DNA from: a virus
Taxonomy: Duplodnaviria > Caudoviricetes
Length of the DNA stretch: 64,000 bases
IMG/VR virus record: IMGVR_UViG_3300035182_001315
Direction: 5' to 3' (one strand)
Part shown: positions 46,944-57,141 of the stretch, one piece after another
How positions within the stretch are numbered: the stretch's first letter is position 1
Layout of the letters: each line of letters opens with the position of its first letter
The notes under the pieces: model-generated
Told to the model about the DNA's origin: nothing
Seen by the model: the letters and a program-made list of their open reading frames with translations, nothing else
Database searches by the model: none
Program-made: the position numbers and the translations under genes

Positions 46944-48809
46944 TTATCTCAATTCATTTACGTTGAAGGTAGGAACACCATCTACACGAATATGCCCGTA
47001 GAAGCGGTTATTTACGACCTTTTTTGCGTAACGAGTCATGATACCCTTCACCGGAGCGAAGTTGAATGGATTGTACATTGTTGGGGTTAACTGCAACGGC
47101 ACGTAAGGTGCGTAGATATAACCTGTGTCCAAAAGTGACTTACCCTTGTGACCGATGATAACACTATACGCTGGAGCGTAAGGGTCACGGTAAACTTGGT
47201 AACGACCACCTAAAGTACCGATACGTTCGATACCCATGTTGTACTGGTCCTGTTCTGGGTTAGCGTCAGATACGTGGAAATATTCCAAGTCATCAAATAC
47301 AGCAGAGATTTCAGAAGAAACTACGATGAAGTTTGCACCACCACGTAAAGTTGACTTGTGAATCTGAGCAGAGATTTGGTTTACTCTTGTGATAAGAGTT
47401 TGGTTCCAGTCTTTCTGAGTGTATGGACTTGCAGCAGATGAAGCTTTTCTCCAACCGTTGTAATCCCAACGCAACTGCCATGCAGCAGCCTTTCTGATGT
47501 CTCTCAAGATTTCTCTGTCGATTTCAGCCGCAACCTGCTCAGACAACATAGCTGTAAGTTCAGCTTCTGCGTCGATGTTATGGAATGCGCTAACGTCTTG
47601 AGCAAGCTCTGGAGACCATGTAGCACGTAATTTTCTTTCTTCAACAGCAACAACAACTTCGTCCAATTTGAATGATACTTCACCCATTTCAGTTTCAAGT
47701 TCCAATGAAGCGTATTGGCCCCAAGCAACAGAGAAAGAAGCAGCTGATAATGATACAGAACCAGCGTAAGTTGTAGCAGATGCACCGATGTAACCATCGA
47801 ATGTAGAAGTACCCGGAGATACTAATGAACCAGCCGCAGTTGAACCAACTGGGTGAGTCAAGTCAAGACCCAAGTACAAAGTACCTGTAACGTCAGTCAA
47901 GTTCTGGTAATCTACGATACCACGACCGTACTGCTGAGTCATAAGACGGAAAGGAACTTCCTTGTTGATAGCGATAATTGTGTTACCGTCCTTATCAAGG
48001 ATTGCGCTGTTAGCGATAACGTGGATAGAAGCCAAGAAAGATTCTGTATCCATTGAGTTACCGTCAGCACCAGCAAGGATTTGCTTAGTTGCGTATGGAG
48101 TGAAACCAGTTACGCCAATGATAACCTGACGAACAGTACCATCGTTACCAGCAGCTACAGGAACACCGTTTGCGATGCTGTAATTACCAGTTGAATCCAA
48201 AGCCAATACATTGTAACCACCAGTGATGATTGTCAAAGTACCCTTAGAGTTATCGAACATACCATCGTTGTAGAATATATCGTACAAGTTCTTAGCTTGG
48301 TACTGAGTGATTGCACAACCTGTAGAGTTGATACATGATGGAAGACCTACAGCAACAACGTTACCATTGTTCATACCACCCAATGCAGTGTGTGCAGAGA
48401 AAGTAGTACCGTAGATGTCAGAAGCTGCTGTCTGAGTGTAGTCAGAACCGGCAAGACCGTTTCCGTCAACACGAGAAGATGTCTGAGGTACGAAGTAGAA
48501 CAACTTACCGATTGGCATGTTCATAGCTTGTACAGACACGATGTCGTTAGCCAAAAGCTTAGAGAATACTCTTCTCACGATAGGGAATACAACTGTTTCG
48601 AAAGAACCAGAAGACTGTGAGGTTGTAGATTCGCTCAACAAAGTTGAAGCTTGGTTTTCATACAACTGAGCAATGTTTTCCTTAACGTGTCCCTTAAGAC
48701 CTTCAAGGAAGCCAAGTGATTCCCACTTAGCTTGGGTTTCCTTACGGATAGCCTTCATGTGGTTTAAACCGATGTTACCCACTTGGCCAGATGTTAATAA
48801 ATGTGACAT
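46944..48809 (-). CDS. gp23: Major capsid protein, T4 gp23-like
   Basis: VRRVFSKLLANDIVSVQAM; RKLRATWSPELAQDV...DAEAEL...EIDREI; YAPYVPL; IMTRY. Confidence 0.97.
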   Translation of the reverse strand: MSHLLTSGQVGNIGLNHMKAIRKETQAKWESLGFLEGLKGHVKENIAQLYENQASTLLSESTTSQSSGSFETVVFPIVRRVFSKLLANDIVSVQAMNMPIGKLFYFVPQTSSRVDGNGLAGSDYTQTAASDIYGTTFSAHTALGGMNNGNVVAVGLPSCINSTGCAITQYQAKNLYDIFYNDGMFDNSKGTLTIITGGYNVLALDSTGNYSIANGVPVAAGNDGTVRQVIIGVTGFTPYATKQILAGADGNSMDTESFLASIHVIANSAILDKDGNTIIAINKEVPFRLMTQQYGRGIVDYQNLTDVTGTLYLGLDLTHPVGSTAAGSLVSPGTSTFDGYIGASATTYAGSVSLSAASFSVAWGQYASLELETEMGEVSFKLDEVVVAVEERKLRATWSPELAQDVSAFHNIDAEAELTAMLSEQVAAEIDREILRDIRKAAAWQLRWDYNGWRKASSAASPYTQKDWNQTLITRVNQISAQIHKSTLRGGANFIVVSSEISAVFDDLEYFHVSDANPEQDQYNMGIERIGTLGGRYQVYRDPYAPAYSVIIGHKGKSLLDTGYIYAPYVPLQLTPTMYNPFNFAPVKGIMTRYAKKVVNNRFYGHIRVDGVPTFNVNELR

Positions 48810-48830
48810 ATTGATTATGTTTTTAAGTTT

Positions 48831-50147
48831 TTAGTACTTATCTTTATTTTCAACTCTCTTAATCAAATCTTTGATTCTTTGAGTAGAAGGGTCAACGTAT
48901 GCAGTTGCTTCGTTTAATTGTTTTGAAGAACCTGTAGCGACCTCTTTTATTATTTTGTTTTCTACCGCTTCGTTTACTGGTTTCTTAGACTTAAGCTCGT
49001 TAACGATAGTTTTGTATAATCTTTTTGATTGTTCAAGAGTTGTTACCTCTTCGTCGAATCTCTGGATAAATTTCTTCTTCTCATCCTTGGTAGTTGCATG
49101 TTCCATGAACAATCTTGTTATGTAACTAAGATTGCTATTGAATACTACAGTTTCCACAAGCATGTTTCTGAATTTCTTTAGGGCTTCTTTGTATTCTTCG
49201 TTCTGGCCCTTAAGCTTTGTAGCTTCAGTCAACAATTTGTTGTACTTAACTTCAATGCCTTCAGTAACTATTTTCTTTGCAGTTGTAGTTGACTCTTTAA
49301 CGCTTGCTGCGCCAGCTCCCTTTGGTTGGCCAATCTTAGCCTTCCCCGGTAATCTGTGTGCTTGTGCAAGGCCAACAGGAATTGCTTCCTTTACCAAGTC
49401 TTCCTCTTCACCTTCAACAGGTGCTTCACCTTCTGCAATTGGTTCTTCTTCATCATCAGTAGCAGGAGCTTCTTCGCCACCTTCAGCTGGAGTTTCGGCA
49501 TCATCATCATCATCATCATCATCCATAGCGATTTCGTAACTCATCTCATCATCGTCACCACCTTCTGCGCCCATGTCACCACCAAGTTCTCCACCGATTG
49601 CTTCGTCACCTACTGGTGCTTCTGCTGCTGGTGTGCCACCTGCCTTAACAATGTACTCTCCCGGTTCGCTAATAGTCATGTGAATTTCGTCACCCACAAC
49701 TTCGATTTCGTCTTCGCCACTCAATTTCTTGTAGATAGCTATAACGTCATCATCTGAGGCATCAGTCATATCTAATTCATCCCCATCCAACGCATCTGCG
49801 TCCGTTCCAAATTCTTGACCCATTTCTGGTTCAACTTCATCTGAGGTTTGAATAGCTGAATCGTCAGTTTCGTCCCCGCCAATGCCTTCGATTCCTGCGT
49901 CTGGAGTTTCTGCGCCCACTTCTTCTCCTGCTGGAGCTTCAGTTTCTTCACCATCCATTTCGCCATCTTCATCACCATCGACAGTTTCTTCTTCAAAATC
50001 ATTTTCAGTTAATGATTCTTTCACCAGACCAGCAATTTCTTCTTTCGCAACGGAACGAAGTATTTCTTTGGTATTGGCATTCAAAGCATTCTTGATTTTT
50101 GTAACATCAAGTAACGCTTCTTCAATAATTGATTTCTTTTCTGCCAT
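48831..50147 (-). CDS. Prohead core/scaffolding protein (gp22-like), highly acidic
   Basis: Between protease and MCP; acidic middle and coiled-coil C-terminus. Confidence 0.75.
   Translation of the reverse strand: MAEKKSIIEEALLDVTKIKNALNANTKEILRSVAKEEIAGLVKESLTENDFEEETVDGDEDGEMDGEETEAPAGEEVGAETPDAGIEGIGGDETDDSAIQTSDEVEPEMGQEFGTDADALDGDELDMTDASDDDVIAIYKKLSGEDEIEVVGDEIHMTISEPGEYIVKAGGTPAAEAPVGDEAIGGELGGDMGAEGGDDDEMSYEIAMDDDDDDDDAETPAEGGEEAPATDDEEEPIAEGEAPVEGEEEDLVKEAIPVGLAQAHRLPGKAKIGQPKGAGAASVKESTTTAKKIVTEGIEVKYNKLLTEATKLKGQNEEYKEALKKFRNMLVETVVFNSNLSYITRLFMEHATTKDEKKKFIQRFDEEVTTLEQSKRLYKTIVNELKSKKPVNEAVENKIIKEVATGSSKQLNEATAYVDPSTQRIKDLIKRVENKDKY
49500..49523 (-). repeat. (GAT)8 microsatellite encoding poly-Asp
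   Basis: Perfect trinucleotide run in the scaffold gene. Confidence 0.85.
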
Positions 50148-50213
50148 TTTATTGTTTTTTGTTGTTTTATTTATTTCTGATAAATAACAAAATGAGTATT
50201 ACTCACTTACATA

Positions 50214-50224
50214 ATAAATATATC
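50214..50224 (-). promoter_or_regulatory. Putative late promoter GATATATTTAT
   Basis: Upstream of the scaffold-MCP pair. Confidence 0.55.
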
Positions 50225-50276
50225 TTTTTTGAAGAAAAGTTCTTTTTGATAAAATTTTTTTACCAAAAAAGGATAC

Positions 50277-50972
50277 TTAACCCAATAAAAAGCTATCTAA
50301 CCCCTCGTTAAGTGTACTTTTCTTCCCCTGAACGCTCTCCACATAAGGTTTTGCCTCGGCTGCATGCTTAAACATCCATGACCCCGGCGTACTTGGAGCC
50401 GTTACAATATCCCAGCAAATCAATTCAAAATCCTCTTGTACGATGAAATCACCCTTCACTTCCTTCAACGAACCAACACCTCTTGAGGAAACCCCAATCA
50501 TAATGTTGTTCCTTAAAAGGTTTGCAACCTCGTCACCCTTGGTAGAAACAATGCCGTAATTGATGTAACCCTTAGACATAAGGATTTCCATTTGGCCCAT
50601 AAGCGTATGCCCTTCCCACCAAGTCTTGATGATATTGTGGGAAATACGGTCACCGGCAATTACTGATGATTCTGGGTGATCCAATTCACCAACAGCTCTT
50701 CTTTCGTGAATAGCTTGCTGATAAATTTCATTCTGTGTCTTGAGAATATGTTCTGGGTAGATTCTTCCATTACGGTTCTTCACGTTGTACTTCTGAAGAA
50801 CAACATATACAATTAGGGTATCTGTAGCATCACCCTTTCCAGCATCCAACTTTGCGAATTCTCTTATGAGGTTTGAATTCTTTGGGTCAGTCGGAGAGAT
50901 ATAACCGGCATCCTGCTCAATTAAGTAGCCAAACCCTGTTTTACCTGCCTTTAATATTTTGATGTCATCCAT
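50277..50972 (-). CDS. gp21: Prohead core protease, T4 gp21-like
   Basis: NRNGRIYP...VGELDHP...IGVSSRGVGS...DIVTAPSTPG. Confidence 0.95.
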   Translation of the reverse strand: MDDIKILKAGKTGFGYLIEQDAGYISPTDPKNSNLIREFAKLDAGKGDATDTLIVYVVLQKYNVKNRNGRIYPEHILKTQNEIYQQAIHERRAVGELDHPESSVIAGDRISHNIIKTWWEGHTLMGQMEILMSKGYINYGIVSTKGDEVANLLRNNIMIGVSSRGVGSLKEVKGDFIVQEDFELICWDIVTAPSTPGSWMFKHAAEAKPYVESVQGKKSTLNEGLDSFLLG

Positions 50973-50988
50973 ATTTGCATATTATCTT

Positions 50989-50998
50989 AATAAATATG
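50989..50998 (-). promoter_or_regulatory. Putative late promoter CATATTTATT
   Basis: Upstream of the protease gene, after a terminator. Confidence 0.6.
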
Positions 50999-51009
50999 CA
51001 CTTAACAAC

Positions 51010-51035
51010 AAAAAACCCCAGCTTTAAGGCCGGGG
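51010..51035 (-). terminator. Rho-independent terminator
   Basis: CCCCAGC-TTTAAG-GCCGGGG hairpin with T tract on the - strand. Confidence 0.75.
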
Positions 51036-51044
51036 CTTGTTTTC

Positions 51045-51488
51045 TTATTTCTTTTTCTTGTGGAAGGTGAAGTTCTTGTTGCTTTCGAAGATGTTTTTGA
51101 TGACCACGTTAACGATATCCTCAACTATTGGCATAAGGTATTCTGAGTTAACTGGAATCTCGTAATTCAAATATAAGGTTATTTCACAGTTTATAAAGCT
51201 ACGCTTGCCGTACTTTATCCCAGATTCCCTGATATCGAAGTCAATTATAGTCCTATCTTTTGCGAAGGGACTGGCCACATCCAGCGATAACTCATTGAAG
51301 AGGGCCTGTCTGATTTCTTTATCGAGGTTTCTGATTATCCTGCCGTACCTGATTTCTCCTTCTGTACGAGGGTCCGCCCAAGCGGAAATGTTAATGTAGA
51401 TAGCTTTCGGGGCTTTGTTATTGACGCTGCCGTAAACAATGTTGTAATTTCTGAATTGCTCAATTTTGAGTTCTTTGCCTTTTTTCAT
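51045..51488 (-). CDS. Hypothetical protein
   Basis: ORF with its own promoter and terminator. Confidence 0.7.
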   Translation of the reverse strand: MKKGKELKIEQFRNYNIVYGSVNNKAPKAIYINISAWADPRTEGEIRYGRIIRNLDKEIRQALFNELSLDVASPFAKDRTIIDFDIRESGIKYGKRSFINCEITLYLNYEIPVNSEYLMPIVEDIVNVVIKNIFESNKNFTFHKKKK

Positions 51489-51511
51489 AGAATATACCCG
51501 GTGTTTTTACT

Positions 51512-51540
51512 AATATACTCAATTTTAATGAAAGAGTCAA
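51512..51540 (-). promoter_or_regulatory. Host-RNAP-type promoter TTGACT-N17-TATATT
   Basis: Reverse complement of 51512-51540. Confidence 0.6.
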
Positions 51541-51544
51541 GTGG

Positions 51545-51880
51545 TTAGAATTTACCCCATAATACTACAGCTAAACCAACCAAAATTTGAAGAACCGAAA
51601 TAATGGCAACGGTTGCCACCCACTTTGACTTCTGCTTGTAGATTTCATCCTTGGCTTCCTTCATCTGAGCCGGTGACCAAACATCACCAACCTTCTCAAT
51701 CCAAATCTTGTGGTCAGCCACAGCCTTTTCAGTATTTTTAAAGTCAGATAGAACCTTACCCATTTCCTGAAAACGGAAACCAATGTCCTCACGCATCTTT
51801 TCGTAATTCTCATTGAGTCTTTCCAATTCTTTTAGAACAAGTTTACTATAGTCGCCCCATGTGTCTTTAACTTCTGACAT
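51545..51880 (-). CDS. Coiled-coil protein with C-terminal transmembrane helix (holin-like topology)
   Basis: WVATVAIISVLQILVGLAVVLW. Confidence 0.5.
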   Translation of the reverse strand: MSEVKDTWGDYSKLVLKELERLNENYEKMREDIGFRFQEMGKVLSDFKNTEKAVADHKIWIEKVGDVWSPAQMKEAKDEIYKQKSKWVATVAIISVLQILVGLAVVLWGKF

Positions 51881-51884
51881 AATT

Positions 51885-52115
51885 TTAAATGTTGCTTAAT
51901 ATTTTTTTTATTTGTGCGCACATCTTTTCGTAGAACTTTAGCTTATCGGCTTCAACCAAAAAAGTCTTTGGCTCAACCTCAACTATACCAGCAATTTGGT
52001 CAATTATTTCTCTGGAAGATTTTCTTTCAGATGATTCCTCTGTCATTCTTGCTGTAAGCTCTCTTAACTTCAAGATGTTTTCGCTTGGTCTTCTTAGAAC
52101 GTTTTCTTGTAACAT
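51885..52115 (-). CDS. Small hypothetical protein
   Basis: ORF in head cluster. Confidence 0.55.
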   Translation of the reverse strand: MLQENVLRRPSENILKLRELTARMTEESSERKSSREIIDQIAGIVEVEPKTFLVEADKLKFYEKMCAQIKKILSNI

Positions 52116-52132
52116 GTTTGTGAAAATTTTTT

Positions 52133-52909
52133 TTAGTTATTAATAAGGTTATGCTTTAAATCAACCAATTTTAATATCTTAGTGATTATTTCAGCTTCAT
52201 TAATCTCCGCCTTATCAGCCATGAGCTTCGTCTTAACCTTCAATAACTTGTCCTTTGAATCGTCATCGGCTGTAGCAACCTTGGTATCTACCAGCGTTGC
52301 ACACTCGTTAACCAATTCCTCATATTGTGCCTTCTTTTCGTCAAAGTTTGATTCCAAAAGAACTCTCAAAACCTTCTTGTCACTTTCATCTAACGTAGAG
52401 TACTTTTCGTTGTATTTTTCAACAACCAAATTCATGAACATGCTCATAGGCAATTCCACGCTTTCATTGATTTCTTTTGGTTTGTTGTTTGCCATGTGGC
52501 CCGAAACATTCTTAATCTCATCGATAACCTTGTCAACATTCTGGCCGTTTCTCTTGATGAAAATAAGCTTGGACAAAGATTCATGCAGCGGAGCCAATTC
52601 GTAGTCATCTACCATTTTGGTACCAGTAACCAAGCTTGCCAATTTCTCGTTCTCCTTAAGGATGTCAGCCGGTTTGAATTTCTCCAAAAGCTTTATGTTT
52701 TCAGAGATGTAGAGGTTAGCAGATACAGGGTCAGTCTCAATCTTGTGCTCAATGTTGTCATAAACCATGAACTGAGTCTTCAAGATTTCACTTTCCTTTA
52801 GGGCCTTTATGTACTTCTGAAATAATTTCTTGCTATTGGCATCCTTTGAAACGATTCCCTCAGCCAGCAAATTATTAAAGACGTTCTTTATTTTTCCGAA
52901 ATTTTGCAT
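52133..52909 (-). CDS. Hypothetical helical protein (head assembly cluster)
   Basis: Late motif upstream; follows portal. Confidence 0.7.
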   Translation of the reverse strand: MQNFGKIKNVFNNLLAEGIVSKDANSKKLFQKYIKALKESEILKTQFMVYDNIEHKIETDPVSANLYISENIKLLEKFKPADILKENEKLASLVTGTKMVDDYELAPLHESLSKLIFIKRNGQNVDKVIDEIKNVSGHMANNKPKEINESVELPMSMFMNLVVEKYNEKYSTLDESDKKVLRVLLESNFDEKKAQYEELVNECATLVDTKVATADDDSKDKLLKVKTKLMADKAEINEAEIITKILKLVDLKHNLINN

Positions 52910-52925
52910 GTAACTTTATTTACAT

Positions 52926-52935
52926 TATAAATATT
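52926..52935 (-). promoter_or_regulatory. Putative late promoter AATATTTATA
   Basis: Upstream of ATG 52909. Confidence 0.6.
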
Positions 52936-52957
52936 GTAATTTAACGTAAAAAATCAA

Positions 52958-55024
52958 TTAATCCTTCAACATATCGTCGATATCAGAAATCATTCGATTG
53001 ATTCCCTCGTTGATTTTCACGTTCTTATTGTAAATCTTCACGTTTTCTGTTGGTTTTTCCTCACCATTTACGCTGGTAATCAGCTTATCTATGAAGATTC
53101 CGTTATATCTGGCAGTTCTCTCGTTGAGCTTTTTCTTAAGAATTTTCTTCTGTTCATTAAGAATATTGGCCCTTCTTTTAATTTGCTCTGCCGTTGGGGT
53201 TACCGGTTCTGTTCCGCCAGCCGCTGGTTCTGGAGCTTCCGCACCACCTTCAGCCGGTTCAGCTCCACCCTCTGCGCCACCTGTCGCACCGCCTTCTGGG
53301 GTCTCAGCACCTTCAGTTCCTTCCTCATCCTGACCGAAGTCCAAGTCAGTTTCTGAGGTTCCACCACCACCAAAACCACCACCTAAGCCACCGCCTCCAC
53401 CGGCAGCATCAGCACCTTCTTCACCGCCTTCTGGGGTACCGCCCTTCATCGCAGCAGTCATATCACCGTAAAGTCTGTCCACGATATCAAACATACCAGT
53501 ATGCTTGATAACTGAAGCTGTATTGGCCAATTCAGCCGCCGCAGCCTTCTCCATTCTCTGTTCAAGTAAATCCTGCTTAATTTCATTGTCAGACCAACCA
53601 AGGATTTCTCTCTTGGCTCTGGTCATAGACATAGCACCGAAACCGTTACCGGCATCAGATACAGAATCCTTATAAAGAGTCATCTTCAATTGAGAATGCT
53701 CAACCTTCAACATTTCAGCCTGTGTTGATGGGTTATTAAGAGTAAGTGTAAAATTGTCCAAGTCATCCTCGAATCCCAAAAGGTACAAGTGAATGATAAC
53801 AATCTTGTTCAATTCCTGCAACATCGTTTGCTGGATACGGTTGATGGTTCTGGAGAAACGGATATCCTGCAAGGCAAGATTCTTACCGTCACCAGTTGTT
53901 TCATCAAAGCCCAAGAACGGCTTAGGAACTCTCAATGCTGTAAACAATTTCTTCTGCAAGTACTCGATATCCGCAATCTGGTCCAAGTTAGATGCACCCG
54001 GAAGTGTATCGATTGGATTTGGAGCGTCTTCTGTTCTTACTGGAATGAAATAATCTTGGTCATTTGAAAGCTGATTGTAACGAAGGTCCATCTGGCCGGT
54101 TGCTGGGTCAACAACTGGACTTCTTTTGAACCTGTTCGCAATTTCATTTACGTATGATTCTACATCCGCTTCATCGATGTTACCAACGAAGATTTTATAG
54201 ATTCTTCTTTCTGGGGCTCTTGTTACACGGTAAACCAACATCGCATCCTCAGAAAGCAACAGCTGCTTCCAGATTCTTCTTGCTTTCTCAAGTACTGATG
54301 TACCATAAGGAAGTCTTCTGTCATCGCCAAGCAATCTGAAGTGAGCCATCTGCAATGAATTGAATTCCATGTCACGACCTCTCCAATAGAACTTAACCTT
54401 ATCTGATTTTGATGTTGTCTGGGAAGGATTCTGTGAAAGTACATCGAACAAACCACCATCTCTTCTTTCCATTTCGTAGTTCGGCATCTGCTTAGCACCA
54501 ATAATACCATTCTGGTCATCGATGTTCAAGTAAACAAAGTTGTCACCATACTTACAGGTATTACGGGTCCACATCGGTAAAGAGGTATGAATGTCCAAAC
54601 GGTTGAAGATAAGGTCTTCAACAATTCCCTTTACACGCTTACTGTCTGAGTAAACGTTCACCATTCTACCGTTAGAGTTAAGGGTAGTTGATTCTTCCAT
54701 CATGATATCCAAAGCTGCGGCGATTTCTGGGTAGAACTCCATAGCCTCGAAGTCAGAATATGAACTGATTCTGGTTGTTTCGTAGTTAACGGACTGCTGG
54801 AAAAGACCATTTTCAACCTTCTTCCAAGTTTGTCCTAAATATTTATTTTGCTGAGCCTGAAGCTTAGCTGTCTCGAATGCTGCTTTGTCGGTAGTCTTGA
54901 TAAGCACATCGTTGCCGATGTTATATCTCTGGGTCTGCGGCTTGCTGGTTTCTTTGGTCTTGAAACCTTCTGGGCCTAATATCTGACCTAATTTTTGAAA
55001 TACCGTTAGTTTTTGTTTAGCCAT
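52958..55024 (-). CDS. gp20: Portal protein, T4 gp20-like
   Basis: SVLEKARRIWKQLLLSEDAMLVYRVTRAPERRIYKIFVGN; DYFIP; IDTLPG; FQKKL-like motif. Confidence 0.95.
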   Translation of the reverse strand: MAKQKLTVFQKLGQILGPEGFKTKETSKPQTQRYNIGNDVLIKTTDKAAFETAKLQAQQNKYLGQTWKKVENGLFQQSVNYETTRISSYSDFEAMEFYPEIAAALDIMMEESTTLNSNGRMVNVYSDSKRVKGIVEDLIFNRLDIHTSLPMWTRNTCKYGDNFVYLNIDDQNGIIGAKQMPNYEMERRDGGLFDVLSQNPSQTTSKSDKVKFYWRGRDMEFNSLQMAHFRLLGDDRRLPYGTSVLEKARRIWKQLLLSEDAMLVYRVTRAPERRIYKIFVGNIDEADVESYVNEIANRFKRSPVVDPATGQMDLRYNQLSNDQDYFIPVRTEDAPNPIDTLPGASNLDQIADIEYLQKKLFTALRVPKPFLGFDETTGDGKNLALQDIRFSRTINRIQQTMLQELNKIVIIHLYLLGFEDDLDNFTLTLNNPSTQAEMLKVEHSQLKMTLYKDSVSDAGNGFGAMSMTRAKREILGWSDNEIKQDLLEQRMEKAAAAELANTASVIKHTGMFDIVDRLYGDMTAAMKGGTPEGGEEGADAAGGGGGLGGGFGGGGTSETDLDFGQDEEGTEGAETPEGGATGGAEGGAEPAEGGAEAPEPAAGGTEPVTPTAEQIKRRANILNEQKKILKKKLNERTARYNGIFIDKLITSVNGEEKPTENVKIYNKNVKINEGINRMISDIDDMLKD

Positions 55025-55038
55025 ATAGCGTTTATTGA

Positions 55039-55066
55039 ATTATACTGTTTTTATTAGAAAAATCAA
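55039..55066 (-). promoter_or_regulatory. Host-RNAP-type promoter TTGATT-N16-TATAAT
   Basis: Reverse complement, 14 nt before the portal ATG. Confidence 0.45.
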
Positions 55067-55068
55067 GG

Positions 55069-55311
55069 TTATTGAACGTAATCACATTCTACATAGGCAA
55101 GTCTTTCAACCTGTCCGTTCTGAGCTACAACCACATTATATGAATAGGTTGATATCCAATCCTGACCTTGAGAAAATGGGGTTGCATTACAGAAACGATT
55201 ATTCTTACCACCACCTTGTGGTGCCTTATAAATAGACCTGTCTGGGCACCAAGTGTAAAGTTCACTGGTGTAAGTTTTTACTGTATAACATCCTCTTTTT
55301 TGTACTGGCAT
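55069..55311 (-). CDS. Small Cys-containing protein between terminase and portal
   Basis: 80-aa ORF with 4 Cys. Confidence 0.6.
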   Translation of the reverse strand: MPVQKRGCYTVKTYTSELYTWCPDRSIYKAPQGGGKNNRFCNATPFSQGQDWISTYSYNVVVAQNGQVERLAYVECDYVQ

Positions 55312-55323
55312 TTTGTTTAAGAT

Positions 55324-57138
55324 TTATTTGGTACCACTAAACAACCACATATATTGGCCTTTAGGGTCTTGCATATTCCTCGCAACCTTAGGGCTGAAGT
55401 TTGGCTTCCTTGCGGCTTCCTTATGCTTATTTTCTTTTGAAACAAATCCCTGTCCACGCTCAGCCTCAGTAAGAGGGGCTGGGGCAGCAGGTGTCTTGGC
55501 ACCATTCATCCATCCCTTAAGCATGGCTTTCGTTTGTTTTGCAAACTTCTCAAGATTCTTAAATGAATGCTCAATAACCCAAAGTGCCATGGCCATACCC
55601 ATGATAAGGTCATCATGATAGCCTTCCTGATGGTCAGGTCTACCATTCTTATATACAAACGTCTTCATCTCACCAGTAAGCCTTACAGACCTAATGATAA
55701 CACCCAACGTTCTTACTTTTTCTTCGAAATTTGAAACCATCTGTAAACGAATATTGTTTACCTGCAATCCCGGAATCTTCTCGTTGTTCTGTTTCTTGAT
55801 ATTCTGTAACTGCTTCTGCTTGCTTGAAAGGACCTTGCTACCCACGTTGTCATGGTGAAGTCTCTTGTATTCAAACTCAACAAGCTTTAATACTGTTGAT
55901 ACACCCATACCACCAGTGATATCCACAACGACATATGCCTTGTAATCATCACCGTATTGCTCAACAAGCTGGGCCAACAAATCCGGCTGAATCTTTCCTT
56001 CAAATTCCAGAACCTGTTCCATGGTGGTAAAATCAAGAATCTGAATGGTTGATTTATCTGCACCATCACCTCTTGAAACGTCCACGCCCATAACGTACTG
56101 ATGCCCTTCAACTGGGTCAGCCCAAATCCAAGTATCATTGTCAGGGCCAGTCTTTCTGATTGGCTCTCTCACGTTTAATTTCTTTTGTCTGTCGATATCA
56201 ACCTCAGCAATAACGTTACCACCAGAACCGATGAATGATACATCCAATTCCTGCGCAATCATTCTTGAGTCGTTGTTCATACCACGACACATTTCTTCAT
56301 ACCATGAAGACGTAGGTTTCCAACCTTCTTCAATTCTATGCTCATATGATTCAAATGAAAATTCAACCTCAGCCTCAACTTCTTGATTTTCCACATCACC
56401 TCGTAACCATTTCAAGTCTCTGTTATAACGATAATCCTCATACCATTTCATTTCAATGATATTGAAGTCATTTTTACCAGATTTAGCCTTTTCGTATGTT
56501 TTGTAGTAAAGTGCGTCCAAACCATTTGGAGTAGAAATAAGAGTAGCTTTACCACCCGTACCCAACGCTGTAAGTGCAGCACCAAATACTTGGTCACCGT
56601 TGTCAATGTGGGCTGCTTCATCCATTACAAGGTATGTAGGGGTGAAACCTCTAAGGGCATCCTTGGAAGTGGCCACGGCCTTAACTCTCGAACCGTTTGG
56701 TAATTTGATTTCTTTTACAGATTCTTTTCCGAAGATTGATTTGGCTTCAAGCTTTTCTGTGCCGTAGTATTCAGGCCCCCAGACCCAACGAGGCATTTGT
56801 GAGAGGAAATCCTTAATCTTGGCCAAGAATTCGAAGGCAAGTTCCTGTTTGTTCGCAATAATCAGAACCGCTTCGGGGTTTTCTTTATCTGCCAACGCAA
56901 CCTTAACTGCCATGAAAGCGGCGGTAGTAGTAGATACCCCAGCCTGTCTTGGTTTTGTAATCAGATTAAAACGATGCTTATCGTAGCACTGGATAATCTC
57001 TTTCTGTCTCTGGAATAGCTTGAATGGAACGAAACCCTCTTGAGTCTTGTCAAAAGTCTCCAAATAGGTTTCTATTGCATAGATAGGATTATCTAAGCAT
57101 TTGGCGTATTCCTTTATGATTTCTTGTCTGCTTAACAT
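55324..57138 (-). CDS. gp17: Terminase large subunit, T4 gp17-like
   Basis: KPRQAGVST (Walker A), LVMDEAA (Walker B), ISTPNG, GVDVSRG, HDDLIM. Confidence 0.97.
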   Translation of the reverse strand: MLSRQEIIKEYAKCLDNPIYAIETYLETFDKTQEGFVPFKLFQRQKEIIQCYDKHRFNLITKPRQAGVSTTTAAFMAVKVALADKENPEAVLIIANKQELAFEFLAKIKDFLSQMPRWVWGPEYYGTEKLEAKSIFGKESVKEIKLPNGSRVKAVATSKDALRGFTPTYLVMDEAAHIDNGDQVFGAALTALGTGGKATLISTPNGLDALYYKTYEKAKSGKNDFNIIEMKWYEDYRYNRDLKWLRGDVENQEVEAEVEFSFESYEHRIEEGWKPTSSWYEEMCRGMNNDSRMIAQELDVSFIGSGGNVIAEVDIDRQKKLNVREPIRKTGPDNDTWIWADPVEGHQYVMGVDVSRGDGADKSTIQILDFTTMEQVLEFEGKIQPDLLAQLVEQYGDDYKAYVVVDITGGMGVSTVLKLVEFEYKRLHHDNVGSKVLSSKQKQLQNIKKQNNEKIPGLQVNNIRLQMVSNFEEKVRTLGVIIRSVRLTGEMKTFVYKNGRPDHQEGYHDDLIMGMAMALWVIEHSFKNLEKFAKQTKAMLKGWMNGAKTPAAPAPLTEAERGQGFVSKENKHKEAARKPNFSPKVARNMQDPKGQYMWLFSGTK

Positions 57139-57141
57139 ACT

